A stretch of 63,910 nucleotides of DNA, taken from Phoronis australis. Taxonomy: Eukaryota > Animalia > Phoronida. Shown in pieces: positions 42,550 to 57,400 of the stretch. The notes below the pieces were generated by a model that saw nothing but the letters and a program-made list of their open reading frames with translations, had not been told where the DNA came from and ran no database searches. The stretch spans positions 1,446,532-1,510,441 of the forward strand of contig NMRA01000006.1 in NCBI GenBank assembly GCA_002633005.1, given 5' to 3'. How positions within the stretch are numbered: the stretch's first letter is position 1; each line of letters opens with the position of its first letter. The position numbers and the translations under genes are program-made.

Positions 42550-44731
42550 TGTGGATTCATGGACACTTTGATGCATATCAAGTTTGCATTCTGTGATCAA
42601 CACAATCTGAGTATTTATTGACTACATTCTTGTACATTGTCTTCGTAACACTGAAAATAAAAACAATGTTTTATAATAGATTTTTATTAATGCATAATTA
42701 ATAGTCACACAAATGTGAATCAACCAAATGAACAAGACAGTTTTAAATTATAATACACAGAATAATGCAATATTTTTACAGATTTTTACCATGTCACAGT
42801 AGCATTACCATAATGAGTAATTTACCACAAAGTTTGCTAACCAATTGCACCTAGATTTACAGAAATTTTCTTGGAATTTGATCAAATAATGCAACCACAG
42901 AAAAAGGACTAAAGAGACATTGTACCTCTCTTAACTGTTGCCTTTGGGACGGTGTGGGCACGCTATTCAAACTGAAGAACGGCCACTCACGATGTGCACC
43001 CCATTCAAATTTAACTGCATTCTTTGCGAGTATTGCAATCACACTGATAAATGGTGGTGTACACAAGTCAAGTTGTTCAGGCAGATTATACAATAAAGGT
43101 TGGGACAAATGAACAAAGAAACAGCAGTTGCAATGCGCATTACTTCTCTTTTCGTCGGTGGTTGACCAGCTTTTGACGATCAAACCGTAAAGAAGTTCAA
43201 TTTTTAATGACATTTAGTACTTATAGCGGGCAATACCTAAAATGATCAGGAAGAATGTTGCCATGAACAGACAGTGATTATCGCTGACACCCATCTCTAC
43301 TCTCAAACCCAAAACAAAAGAATCTGATCATCAAAGTTCTGGCTCTGTGCCAAGTGGCTTTTGTAATCCCAACTGGTAAGAAGCATTCAAAGTTGCCAGT
43401 TGACATGGCACGGAATGGATTTACGGAGACTGAAAATTTACACAGACCGACTAATTACGCAGACTGACGATTTACCCTGACTGACGAGTTATGCAATGAC
43501 GAGTTAAGCAACGCAGCTGGTATTTCAAAATAACTGTTCATCCAGTGTAGACCCATAATAATATATCGACATCTTGCCAGTGGATTTTTACTAAACGTTT
43601 ATCTCAAAACATTGCAAAGTGAGATCAAATATTTAGTACACATGCACAGGCAAGATCTAAAACAATAAATAAGTTGTCTTCACTAAAAAAAAACAGAATA
43701 GGCCTTTGGTTGGTTCTTGGAGAATTGTCTAAATGCAGTCCACCACCATTAAAACAATGCCGAGTTGACTATTACTCTTAGACTATGCATTCAATTTACA
43801 TTAATTTCATTCAAAATCCAAAATTAACCCCACTTTCCATATTGCACATATCGTCAGAATAATTACACAGTACTTGTAATTATAACCTAAGCTCTGTATT
43901 AGAGTTTCAATTACATAAGGATAACTTAGTGTTACAGACGGATTGCTGTCTCACCAGATTATATGCATAGGAACAACACTGCCATTGCAATATCCCATGT
44001 GTTACAATAGTCATGCCAACAATTAAACAGGAGACATAAGATAATTCCAGACAACGTTAAAAAAAAAACAGTTCCCTAGTGAACAACCTTCGACAAAGCA
44101 ATCCACACCCGTCCACAGCTTTAAGAACTTTATTTTTCTAGTGAGCAGCTGGCAGCACAGTGACTGGCCATGGAATAGATGACAGATGCTGCCACCTGAT
44201 GGCACTGGAGGGTACTTCTGTTTCATATCATTTGCAAAGGGAACACGTCTGACTTCATAAAAAGAACCTTTCTGGAACAAACTCTAACCAGTCAATGTTT
44301 TTCATTAGAGAAAAGTTGCACCCTGAGTTGAAATTTTTTACAGACAGTGCGAGGAGTTGTCAGCACGAATTATGAGAAATTGGTTAGGCATCAAAACTAC
44401 CATTGTGTGCAGATGTCATTCCATTAAAACTAATGTCATTTGCGAGCAATTAAGCTGGTCGCAATTGAAGTCCACAAGAACTTGAGTTAGCAAAGCTGTC
44501 AGAGAAAGTGACATTGTACAACTTAATTTTCGTCATGGGAAATACCGTAGATCTCAACTCCGACACGTATACCTTTGAGACCTGTAAAAAGTCAATGCCT
44601 CCTCAATAGTTAGAGAGCAACGGGAATCAATCATTACATGTAATCAGTCCTCACTGTTTCATGGACGTTTCTCATTAGCACAATATTTCACATGATGACA
44701 ATTTCGATTCAATTGCTCAGCACTCCCACGT

Positions 44732-47700
44732 CTACTTGACATTAATCTCGATATCAGGGCTGAACCTCCACTTGTGTTTTTTACCCTCATTGTCCTGTAC
44801 GACATCACAGCTAAGATGGAGTTTGTAGAGCCCAGCACAAAACAAGACGCATGAAAGGGATTGGCTGAACGATTCGTCAGATATCACCTACAAAATGCAC
44901 ACCAAAACAATTACCACCACGGATGACAGAACTACTACTTTGACCAATAAAAATACTTAACACTTTAATAACCATCCTTTTTTGTGTTTTACATCATAAA
45001 TTATGACACGAATTCTAATAAAAATCAGAACTCTTCTTCTTTTGGAGGTTAAACAAAAATCTAGAAAAGTTCATCACTGCATCATGCATGCATTAATTGT
45101 GACATACAATGTGTCAAAGTCAAATTACTCTGGGTATAAAAAAGTGTTTGGAGTAGGTAACACAATAGTTGAACAGACAGGGGACGTGATCATCAAACTT
45201 TACTTCAGACACAACTAAATAAACGATCATTCAAGTCGTGTGAACTTGGAAAAATTACTCAAAGCGAGCCACACCCATTTGTCCATTTCCGTACAGTCTA
45301 GTAGTGAGTTAAGTTTGATAGCGAGAGTCCTCCATTAGTCATTGAATGTTGGACTCTTCATTTTAGAAGATCAATACCTTGGACTAAAAAGAACTCAATA
45401 GCCAATCTCAAGCATTTTTTGTAACTAATCAAAGCACAGAAACAAAATTCCTGAACTTCTTGCAAAAGTTTTCACTTCTGTGGAAGTTAAAACAATCTCC
45501 GTAAAACATCCAGACAGTCACCTAAAAAGTTCCATTCGTGCATTGATTTAAGCACTGCGACGTAAAACATTTCTTGGGACATTAAAATTTTTAAAAAATT
45601 GTTGTTTTGTAGCTGTATTAATACTTAAACAGATGCAAAGTGTTTTGATTACAAATTGTAATGAGCACCTTGACATGTTTGCTTCTTGTGTTCCCAATAA
45701 ATGTGACCAGATCTTCATTCAGTGCATCCACGCCCGTATGAGCTTCACGGCACTCAACAGTGAGTGAAATCTCGTCGAGGCATATATCTGAAAATCATTA
45801 AAAATTATACAATATAAGGAAGAACCAAGGTATCTAGGTGCATAACAATGTCAAACAGGCAACATAAAAGGGCTCAAAACCACCATTTACCTCGTTTCGA
45901 TAAGAAAAATTATCAGCACCTTTAAATCTTCTTTTATGGCATAGCATATTGCAACTTTGATTTAATTTCCAAAAATGAAAAAACAGAAAAATGATATTTT
46001 TTATTTCACTTGGCATAAAAAATATTGAGAATGTACGACAACCAACTACATTACAGTTCGTATTTTGTCAACAAACGATGTCAGGGCGTCTTTTCCGGAG
46101 ATTCATGTACTTTATATCCAATTTCCAAGTCTACAATATTATCTACTTATTCTTCTCGTGACTGTGTTCCCATGGATTTCATGAGAATTTATTACTAAAA
46201 TTCAGAGGGTGGAAACAATACTGATGCAGTGCTCATCAACATAATTTATGAACACAACTCACAGCACCGCTGAACTCAGGTCATCGACTTACAAACTCAT
46301 GCTTGTGGCTCACAGCAATGACTCACTGACCACCAAACACGATGCTGAATTCATAAAACAAGTCATACGCACACAGAAAACTCAGTTCAGCCATTCACAA
46401 ACTCATGAACATACTCACAAACACAATGCACAAAATTTATGTGTGTGGAGGTCAAAGAACTGTGTTTGCTACTCGGGAGCTGTGGTTTTGCGAACACAAA
46501 AAGTGCTTTGCAAGTTCGGTACCATGTTTGGCAGTCAGTGAGCAGTGTTGGTGAGTCAGTGAACTGAATTTACCAGAACCGTGAGAAGTGTGTATAAGTG
46601 AGGAACTATGTTCATGAGTACGACAGCCATGTTGTTTCCACCCCATGAAATATGTGCCCTGAAAGTACGAATTAATCGGACACAGCAACTGACAAATGGC
46701 AACAAAAATTAACCTCACCTCCAATGTTTATCACAGTTATGTCTAAATCGATCGGCTCCCCTCGGCCAAAGCTATGCGTAGCCTCATGGTCATATGTTTC
46801 TCCACACAACTTGACACCTGTGATCAAAACAAGTAGTCAATTTTAAACAATTATAACACGCCAATAGTGAAGACCATTGAAATCTATATTTTCATACAGA
46901 AATAACAAAAACTACTGCCTGTGGTTTCTCTCTAAAATTCAGCTAACACTTTTAAAGACAGTGATCCTGTGCCCAGAGGTCTTCTAGCACATAGAAGGTC
47001 AACACATTAGACGGATATGGATAACACATTCTAACTACAGATAACGGTATGTGGAGTAAAATAAGCCAATCAGAAAAGCCATTAATGGGTAAAAAGGAGA
47101 AGAATGAAACTCAATTGCTTTCTTAAAAAATTGCCATGAGAATCCCATGCAATTCTTCCAGAGATGATCATGTCATAACGGACCTTCTGGCAGTTACTCT
47201 TATGCGTGCCACCTGGTGATTAGAAAATTCATTTGAAGGGAACAAACTGATTTCCCACAATCCTCAAAAACCTACTCCAGTCCAGAGGTGAACTTCGTAA
47301 TAAGTCCAGCTGAGCCGGTGTCCAGGTCAGCTTGTCCACGAATGTCTTCCCTTCAACTCCTAGTGACAACAGCTTCCACCGCACATCCAAGGAGTCTGCA
47401 ATGCGTTGACTGTATGACACGACATCAGAGCCGCTCTCCGATGGAAGAAGGTTACTAGGCAACAACGCAGTGATGCTGAAACCATGCAAGATTAGAGCTC
47501 AAAAACAATAGGATGATTTGACCATGGAAGTACAGTTTTCCTTTGAGTCATTTCTGAATATTGGACATTTTAAAGTTATTAGTCAGAAAACTGGCCTGCA
47601 AATTTCAGCTTTAAGAATTACGATGGTATGTTTACCTTCTCTGTGATAAACAAACAGAAATATTAAAAACCATTAAGATTTAACAAAAAAAAATTAAAAA

Positions 47701-47779
47701 TACTGATTTCAATATCTGACTACAGTCCAAAAATGAAGCACTTATGAATCAGTAACAGGACTCCAACAGCAGCCTCGTA

Positions 47780-47824
<45 letters not shown>

Positions 47825-50800
47825 GCTACTTACCTGGTGGACTTTTTTGAAGATACAGCACAGCCCTTGCCACTGGTCCATGCCAGATCCATGTCCCACT
47901 TGGTAACGTTGAGGATCTCTAGACACACTTCACACGACTGAGGACTGTGGGAGAGAAGACCATGTGAACGTCGGCTCAACGTTATACAAGGAAAACTGCT
48001 TTGCACGTTTCGTGTGTGTACAGTACAAGACAACAGTAACCAGACAAAATATCAGTTCCCTATCATGGCCACTTATTCTGTCAACAGCAAAAATGGCTGT
48101 TAATAACTATTACGAGGGTAAAATTCTAATTCTATCTTTCTTTTTAATTACTCTTCGTTCTCAGTCACAAGGGATAACTACGCTGACAATGAATGCAGCT
48201 TCCAGCTTGCCGTCATGACGGGCAATTTCGAGTCATTTTGTCTGCAATCGATACCGTTGTGAGTACCATGAGCCTGATGAAGAGTTTGAAGCGGAGTGCC
48301 TCTTAAAAGTATGCAGGCACACTAATCAGAAAGCGGCTCCCAACAGTAGGAACGGTCACACAATCTTGCTTATGTCACCCTCACAGCCGACAGATCGACA
48401 GGCACAAAACATTCAGTAGAAAGAACAAACGATGCAAAGAGATTGTAAGCGCTTGTTCCCACGAACCTAATTTTCCATTCAACTTTATTACATATTCATG
48501 AACAAGGATGCATTATCAGGCTTCTATAAAACAACAGCAGCAGCAGACTAATTGGCAACAGTCAACAATCACCCAATATTCAAAAATGTACGCAAAACTA
48601 ACTGGTGTAATCTAGACTCAAAGCAAGAATTCACATTGAACAATGGTGCTGACCTTAACATGCTAACATCATTCCAAGTTTCCAAAGCAAAACAAGTTAG
48701 ATTTATATGCTAATAAAATTTTGGATTATTCACTAAGACAGTGGATGCTCTGAACACAACATTTCTGTATGTTGACTTACTTCTTGTCAGGCATGACTGA
48801 CCATTTCTTGAAGTAAATGGACGGTGATATGTCCAACTTAAGAGCCATTGAACAGTTCCTACAATAGTTGTCAGTCCTCCCAGGCCCTCCGGAGTAGCGG
48901 AATGTCAACAGGGCTTCGTAAGACTGAAAAATGGGGGATAACGGTTCTAATTATTTCCATAATGAGGTAAAAAATACCTTGCATGTATGACCTCCCTTTC
49001 AAAAGGTCACAATCTTCAGTTGACTGATTTACAACCAGCACTCAGATATTTGGCGTTTTGTCAATTTCTTGGTGTTGCCATGGCAACTCAACTTTCCTGC
49101 ACTGCAACAACGTGCGACAATGGGGTACTGTCGTCCTCACAACCTTGAAGCTCATGACACATACGTGTCCTTCAAGAGCACCAAATTGCTGAAATTCTTA
49201 ACTTGTCATACTTTCCAGCCATGTGGCCTCCTTGATCGCATGACTTGTCAATCAAATTTGAACTCTGCTCAGTGATATCCAATCCTCTTCAAAATCTCTT
49301 AAACAAATGTGCCCGCTATCATAAACCTCAAATGATTCATACAAATTACCCACAAGCTACAAACAAAACAAAAATACAGCCCCTACAAGGCTCCTCATAG
49401 TTGGATTTTGATGGAACATCATCTCACCGCGATGTGGAACAACTACACACAATGTGACCGTACCTTCTTGCTCTCACTCTCGGGCCTGCTCACAGGACTA
49501 GTGGGTCTCGTCTCATGGGTACGGACGGTGAGTGTACGGGGCCGGGGACTCAACGGTGAAGGCAGATTTTCGACTTCTACAAACAAATTGACCAACTTGC
49601 ATAAAATACATTTTATGTTATTTACAACTTTATCGACAAGTCCGCATTTAGCTAAATATCCACAAAAAGTATCGATTTCAACTACGAATAAGTACATATT
49701 TCCTGAAAGTGGAAAGTCCGAAAAATTTCATTTTCAACTTTATACCAATCTGCCGTTAATTGGATCATGAGACCATATGTTTCTAGTAAACGTTAGCGAC
49801 ACAAAAAGGTACATGAGCAAAACAGCAGCATCAGCAATATGACCCAATCTTAATTGATGCAAATACTCAAACTGAAGGTGAAATCAGAAAAAAATGCTGC
49901 TACAGTTTCCTATATCATTTGGTTTTCATTTTATGCAACTTTTGTTTACAAGAAAAAAGGAGTCCTATTTTTGATAGACCCTCATGCGAAATGAAAGACT
50001 TAAAAAACAGTTCTATCAGCACTTGAAGAACAGTGCATAAAGCATAACATCTGAAAGTTTCATGTGAATCCAATCAGCCATTTCTGTCAGAGATATGATG
50101 TTTGGAAGTTAGCCAAATTTGGAAATTTTGTACGATCCTACATAAGGGCTGTTCCAGCAAAATCTGTATGGGAGGGGGGGAAGGCACTATTATTTCGTAC
50201 CCACCGCCCATATTTTTCATTTATTTCTCTAACCCATGACCCATACTTCTTTAATTATTTTTAATAGGTTAAAATATAAAATCCAACACTTGCAAACAAA
50301 CTGCCTCCAGGAGGACCTGTTAAGAACTTAGATGATTGACAGACAAGAATTAGTTGTCTTGTCCAATATTGTCAAAAACTAAAGTAGCCTGTGAGCAATA
50401 CTTTTGGCAGCCACCAGGTGTCTCTGTTCACCACGTGTCTATAATTTCAATGAACATTTTTTCAATTATAAGGATCTATGAATCTCAAACTGTCTCCACG
50501 ATATCTTTTATACTTCTATGTTAAGTGAATATTGGAACTTGTTTATCTTACTCCTCATAATTTTTATTTAAAAATCCTCAATTTTCTTATATGTGTTAAC
50601 ACCAGTTTAGTGTTGCATAACTTTTCAATTCAATAAGACTGCAGACTAACAGTTGGCTCAAATCAAGTTGCCCATGACTTGATTAATGGCTAAGTGAACA
50701 TATTGCACTCTGTTCACTGGCAATATGGGCTTTTTTGTATTGGCTTGTTTTGAGATTTGAGGGCTGAAGTAACAAACCTGTCAACATTAACAGGACAAAA

Positions 50801-51412
50801 AATACCACCAACTTTTAATGCATCACTTCTTACAGGAACGTCCACCCATAATTTGTGTTTTTTTCTGAAGACCACCACCCATGAATTTTTATTTCTACTG
50901 CAGTCCCCCCCNNNNNNNNNNNNNNNNNNNNNNNNNNNNNNNNNNNNNNNNNNNNNNNNNNNNNNNNNNNNNNNNNNNNNNNNNNNNNNNNNNNNNNNNN
51001 NNNNNNNNNNNNNNNNNNNNNNNNNNNNNNNNNNNNNNNNNNNNNNNNNNNNNNNNNNNNNNNNNNNNNNNNNNNNNNNNNNNNNNNNNNNNNNNNNNNN
51101 NNNNNNNNNNNNNNNNNNNNNNNNNNNNNNNNNNNNNNNNNNNNNNNNNNNNNNNNNNNNNNNNNNNNNNNNNNNNNNNNNNNNNNNNNNNNNNNNNNNN
51201 NNNNNNNNNNNNNNNNNNNNNNNNNNNNNNNNNNNNNNNNNNNNNNNNNNNNNNNNNNNNNNNNNNNNNNNNNNNNNNNNNNNNNNNNNNNNNNNNNNNN
51301 NNNNNNNNNNNNNNNNNNNNNNNNNNNNNNNNNNNNNNNNNNNNNNNNNNNNNNNNNNNNNNNNNNNNNNNNNNNNNNNNNNNNNNNNNNNNNNNNNNNN
51401 NNNNNNNNNNNN

Positions 51413-51497
<85 letters not shown>

Positions 51498-54400
51498 CTA
51501 ATTGGCAACAGCTAACAATCACCAGGTGAAATCTAGACTCAAAGCAAGAATTCACATTGAACAATGGTGCTGACCTTAACATGCTAACATCATTCCAAGT
51601 TTTCAAAGCAAAACAAGTTAGATTTATATGCTAATAAAATTTTGGATTATTCACTAAGACAGTGGATGCTCTGAACACAACATTTCTGTATGTTGACTTA
51701 CTTCTTGTCAGGCATGACTGACCATTTCTTGAAGTAAATGGACGGTGATATGTCCAACTTAAGAGCCATTGAACAGTTCCTACAATAGTTGTCAGTCCTC
51801 CCAGGCCCTCCGGAGTAGCGGAATGTCAACAGGGCTTCGTAAGACTGGAAAATGGGGGATAATGGTTCTAATTATTTCCATAAAGAACTACAATAGGCCA
51901 TTCCTCAATTAAACTTTCCTCTTTCGTGAGGTAAAAAAATACCTTGCATGTATGACCTCCCTTTCAAAAGGTCACAACAGTTGACTGATTTACAACCAGC
52001 ACTCAGATATTTGGAGTTTTGCCAATTTCTTGGTGTTGCCATGGCAACTCAACTTTGCTGCACTGCAATGACGTGCTACAATGGGGTACTGTCGTCCTCA
52101 CAACATGTCCTTCAAGAGCACCAAATTGCTGAAATTCTTAACTTATCATACTTTCCAGCCATGTGGCCTCCTTGATCGCATGATTTGTCAATCAAATTTG
52201 AACTCTGCTCACTGATATCCAATCCTCTTCAAAATCTCTTAAACAAATGTGCCTGCTATCATAAACCTCAAATGATTCATACGAATTACCCACGCGAACA
52301 AGCTACAAACAAAACAAAAACATAGTCCCTACAAGGCTCCTCATAGTTGGATTTTGATGGAACATCGTCTCACCGAGATGTGGAACAACTACACACAATG
52401 TGACCATACCTTCTTGCTCTCACTCTCGGGCCTGCTCACAGGACTAGTGGGTCTCGTCTCATGAGTGCGGACGGTGAGTGTACGGGGCCGGGGACTCAAC
52501 GGTGAAGGCAGATTTTCGACTTCTACAAATAAATTGACCAACTTGCATAAAATACATTTTATGTTATGTACAACTTTATCGACAAGTCCGCATTTAGCCA
52601 AATATCCACAAAAAGGATCCATTTCAACTACAAATAAGTACATATTTCATGAAAGTGGAAAGTCCGAAAAATTTCATTTTTAACTTTATACAAGTCTGCC
52701 ATTAATTGGATCATGAGACCATATGTTTCCAGTAAACGTTAGCGACACAAAAAGGTACATGAGCAAAACAGCAGCATCAGCAATATGACCCAATCTTGTT
52801 TGATGCAAATACTCAAACTGAAGGTGAAATCTAAAAAATACTGCTACAGTTTGATATATATCTTTTTGTTTTCGTTTTATGCAACTTTAGTTCACAAGAA
52901 AAAAGGAGTCCTATTTTTGATAGACCCTCGTGCGAAATGAAAGATTTAAAAAACAGTTCTATCAGCACTTGAAGAACAGTGCATAAAGCATAACATCTGA
53001 AAGTTTCATGTGAATCCGATCAGCCATTTCTGAGATATGATGTTTCGAAGTTAGCCAAATTTGGACAATTTTGTAGGATCCTACATAACCTTAAATGAAC
53101 ACGAGTACAATAATTATGATCATCCTAGCAGAAAAACGTTGCCGTGATTTCTTCCACAAATACATTAAAATTTAACTAGTTTAGGACACAGCATGTCTAA
53201 CAAGTGAAATTTTTAATTATTTTTATTTTTTCCATAGCAAGTAAGTGGCACCAAACAAGTATTTTGTCATCTTTAAGTTCTATATATCATAGTTATTCAG
53301 AAAATGTTTAAAAGAATTATGGGCATTCACAACGATGTTAGAAGCTTTTGAAAAATCAATAAAGAACACTTATGGAAATTGTTCTTATCCGAGAGATTCT
53401 AGCATACTCAGACCTGCTTGTTATGTAAGCAAGTCACCAATTAAAATACCATCAGTAAGAATACTAATATATATTTTTAACAAACTCTTCATCATTAATT
53501 AATCCGTTATTACGTCATGTAGTAAACTGAAGATAAATTGCAAAATTTCCGGAACTTTGCTGATGAACCCGAGAACAACAAAGATGGTGATTAAGACTCA
53601 ATCATTGGCTGCAGTTGTTGCTCCTTGCTCGTAGTTAGAGAGATGACAAAATCCTACCTTCCAGAATGACAGCGTCGTAAGACACCACATCATCAACAGC
53701 CGTGATATAAAGTGTAAAGCACGCCGACGTGCCCGGCTGGAGAGGCAGCTGAGATTTGACATTGTCGCTGTTCCACTGGAATATTTGGCTTGAAAGATCT
53801 GTGAACGGAAGCAGATTCATAAGGTTTAGTTTACATAGGCAATTTCATGACATTTTCTTCTTTTAAGAATTCCACATTTTCCGGAGGAAATTGCATGACT
53901 TTTTTCCAAAAAAAATTAAAAAGTTTGGATATCATTGCCATTTGTATAAACTGTATTCAACTGTTTCCATTTCATTTAACATTCTGACTGTTTTATGTCA
54001 ACCAAGCAAAATTTGCTAATCTGACATTAACCAACTTTTATCAGACTTTCCCATGACAACTGATTGAATTTAATAACGTTTCAATAGAAATAACAAATTC
54101 AATGTTTGTTCCAGATGAACTTCATAATTTGAAGACTTTTCATTGCTTTACAAACTATGTGATATCAATTTTCATTTCAACATGATTATAATAGGCCTGT
54201 CTTGAAAAAGCACAGTACCACTCACATTCTAAGATATTTACCCACAGTGCAGTGTCAAGCACTTGACGTGCTTCTTCACGTGCCAGTGTGCTAATCACTA
54301 TATCATATCCTATGTCTTACTGAATTCACCATTGTAATACACACAAACTTGTATTATAAACCCCTTGAGTCGCAATGTTGACAAGAAATTGGCAGAAAGA

Positions 54401-57400
54401 CAAATATCAGAGCTAGATGCTCATTCACCCCTTGTTAATCCACTGAGAACTGCCAGACATTTTGAAAAGCGGGTTAGCCTTACAATGCTTTTTCACCCTC
54501 CACAAAATAGGAGAGAGTTCAATCCAGGACTGACCTATTGGTAGCAAGTAACACAGCCAGGAGCAGAACCTTAAATTTATTGTGTTTACCGTATTCACTG
54601 TAATAACCGCCCAGGGCGCTTAGAAAAGTTCGTTTCAGGGGGCGCTTATCATAGCCCAAGGCCGTTGAAACTTGGTCTCCGAAACGGGTGAAATCGGAAG
54701 CTAAGATTCATCATATTTACGCTCTGTGACGTATCTGTAATCTATGAAAAGACAAAACCGTGGTGCATTGCATTGTATAGTCACGGCTAAATACCGACAT
54801 AGCGGCTAGGCTCGTGGTCTACAAATTCTGAGCACAATGATTTTTTCAGGACTGTCGGATATTATTGATAAATTGAAGACGTTACTGTAGAATTTTAAGA
54901 CTGTAGGTAAAACATTTTTTGCACATACACGTTCATGGACTGGGCGCTTATTTTAGCAAAGTCTGAAAACGTGTGGGGGGGCGCTTATAGGGGCATGGGC
55001 GGTTATTACGGCGAATACAGTAATCAGTTTAGTTAGTGCAACATAATTTGCTCGGATAATGACATCAATCAGATATCTATGTAACTTGATTTCATTAATG
55101 TATGCCAAATCTATTCAAATTCCACATGATTTTGTTTTTACAGTTCATTTTACAAAATTTAAGCTACAAATTGTGTAATTATTCAGTAGTAGAGTTAGGA
55201 TAACTTTAAACAAGTAATACCAGTTTCTTCAAAACGAATGAAATTCAAGAGCCAAAACATAATTTAGCGACACGTACATTTAACAGACCCTTCTTAAAAG
55301 AATACTTAATACCTTTGGGAATTTTTGAGTCCAACGTGACATCTATCTCCTCAACAGGTATATCACTGGTGTTTGTTAGAAACACAACACATTCATGACT
55401 GAAACAGAAAGAGGACCAACTGTACAGAGAATCCCTTCTGACAGAAACATCAAACACTTTCTGAGGGTTAAATCTCATAGCTCTGGTTGTGCAACAGTTG
55501 AACTAACTGCTGCATTTAAAGTGTCAGGGAAACAGCTTCTTAATTACTTCTTAGGTTGATCAAATTCCACACAGACAGATTCCTAACGAATGGAGGTTCT
55601 TTGAAAGGGCCCAAGTAACAAAATATAGGTCTGAAAACAAAGATGAAAATATACTGACAAGTCATTTACTTCAAACGCAAACTAAATACACAGTCACGCT
55701 GTATACTAAATTTCTCAGAAAAAATAAGCAATTTGAAACATTTCCATCCAACTCCAAGCTTAAACATGAAAATTTTGAAATAAAGAAGTTAATTCCAAAA
55801 AACTGGTCACAAACTGTCCCTCGTCACTGTAACATTTGGTTTCTGCCATTAAAAATTGTGGATGGGTTAATAAACTCGATCAACAAATTAACATTTTGAC
55901 ATAGCATTTATATTTGTTGATGTCTGCATGATCTATGTGGAATCAAAATTATTTTCTGTTATTGTATGGAAAGGTTTGAAATCTATTTAATATCTCAAAC
56001 AGTGTATAGCAATAGGTTTAGACGTACATTGTCTAAAAGAAAGGAACAATCAATTATGTTACTTTTAAATTGAAAGTGAACAATCACCAGTCAGCACTCA
56101 CCATTGTCCAACATACAAATGGACCATGGCACTAGAGACGGTATGACCCACGGTCGACTGGAGTCTCACATCGGGAGGGGGCTCATTCGTAGACAGCTGT
56201 ATTGTGGGTAGAGCAGGCACTACTTCTATCGTGTGTTTGCTCTGCTTGATGTCAGTCGCCCGACGAGAGCGTATACCAACTGTAGAGCTGACATTGGCCA
56301 GGTCTCTAAGGCGACAGTTGCTAGGCACCCCAAGCACAACAGAGTGGTAACCTGTAAACAAAGGCACAGTTACAACATCCAGGCTAACTTAAAATGTGAT
56401 AATCTCATTCACATTACTTCAAATTTGCACAAAATTTGTAAAAATCAAGCCATGCATACATAGTACAGGTGGGTCACCAGCTTTCTAATGTGAAGCTTGC
56501 TCTCAGACATGGTTCATGACATCCGTGCCAATGACATCCAATCAATAGCAAACTCAACTATTATCTATGGTTAATACTTTTAGGCCATTAAAAGCAAATA
56601 TAAACGTTGCTTTCAACAAAACTTATTTTTTGTTACTTACAAAAAATTCATGTTCATGTAAAATAGCCCGGGTAATTATAAAAGCATTCTTGTTCATAAA
56701 ACTATGATCCCTAAGGTAAGGCGTTGTCCATTATTTTACAGCCAATGGATGCAAATATTATGACAAACAGGCGATGTCCAGACGTCTAAAGGACAGCTAT
56801 GAAGTGAAAGCAACTTCCACAATTGGAGTGGGTGTTGAGACAAATGCTCTACCAAGAACCAGCTTTGACATTGGACACACCTGTGATATTTAACTCTCCC
56901 GTGTCTCCTGGTTTCCCTGTCAAAATAACCTTGTGTGGGCCCGACTCTGGTGGAAGCACAAAGCTTATAGACGAGCTCTCAAACGTCAGATCTTCACTCA
57001 GAATACTCTGAAACGAAACAACAACTACTTAACAGAGCAAACAAAAACTTACTTCACTGGTCTGTAACAGCTAGTACCTTGTGTATGATTCTGTGAATTT
57101 GTGACAATTTTTATTCGAAATCACACTGCACTCTGGTACCTCCCAAATCCATCCAAAATGCCCTTAGAGTTTGCATTGGAGTTGTGCCACACATGAAAAA
57201 TTCCGAGCGGCTCATCCATATTTGGCAATCTAAATCCATGCTTGAAAAGCTCTGAGCCATGAATGAAAGCCTCAAGCCACGTGTGAAAAGCCTTAGGGNC
57301 AAGAACAAAAAAAAATTATGGGTGGTTGCATTTCAAACTTATGAAAAATTACGGATGGTAGGCTGAAGAAATAAATGAAAAATATGCGTGGTGGGTGCGA

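Larger units (their letters stand above)
48531..53087. repeat. Direct duplication of ~1.6 kb (48531-50145 and ~51485-53087) around an N gap
   Basis: Near-identical copies with SNPs and small indels, each containing the same two TRAPPC9 exons. Confidence 0.9.

Noticed and set aside
43425-43510. Degenerate ~16-bp repeats (GACTGACGA.TTA)
   Set aside because: A short decayed minisatellite in probable 3' UTR with no evidence of function.
50714-51606. Long ORFs with poly-L/S/C/A and X runs
   Set aside because: Artefacts of the N gap plus the (CAG)n microsatellite inside a TRAPPC9 intron.
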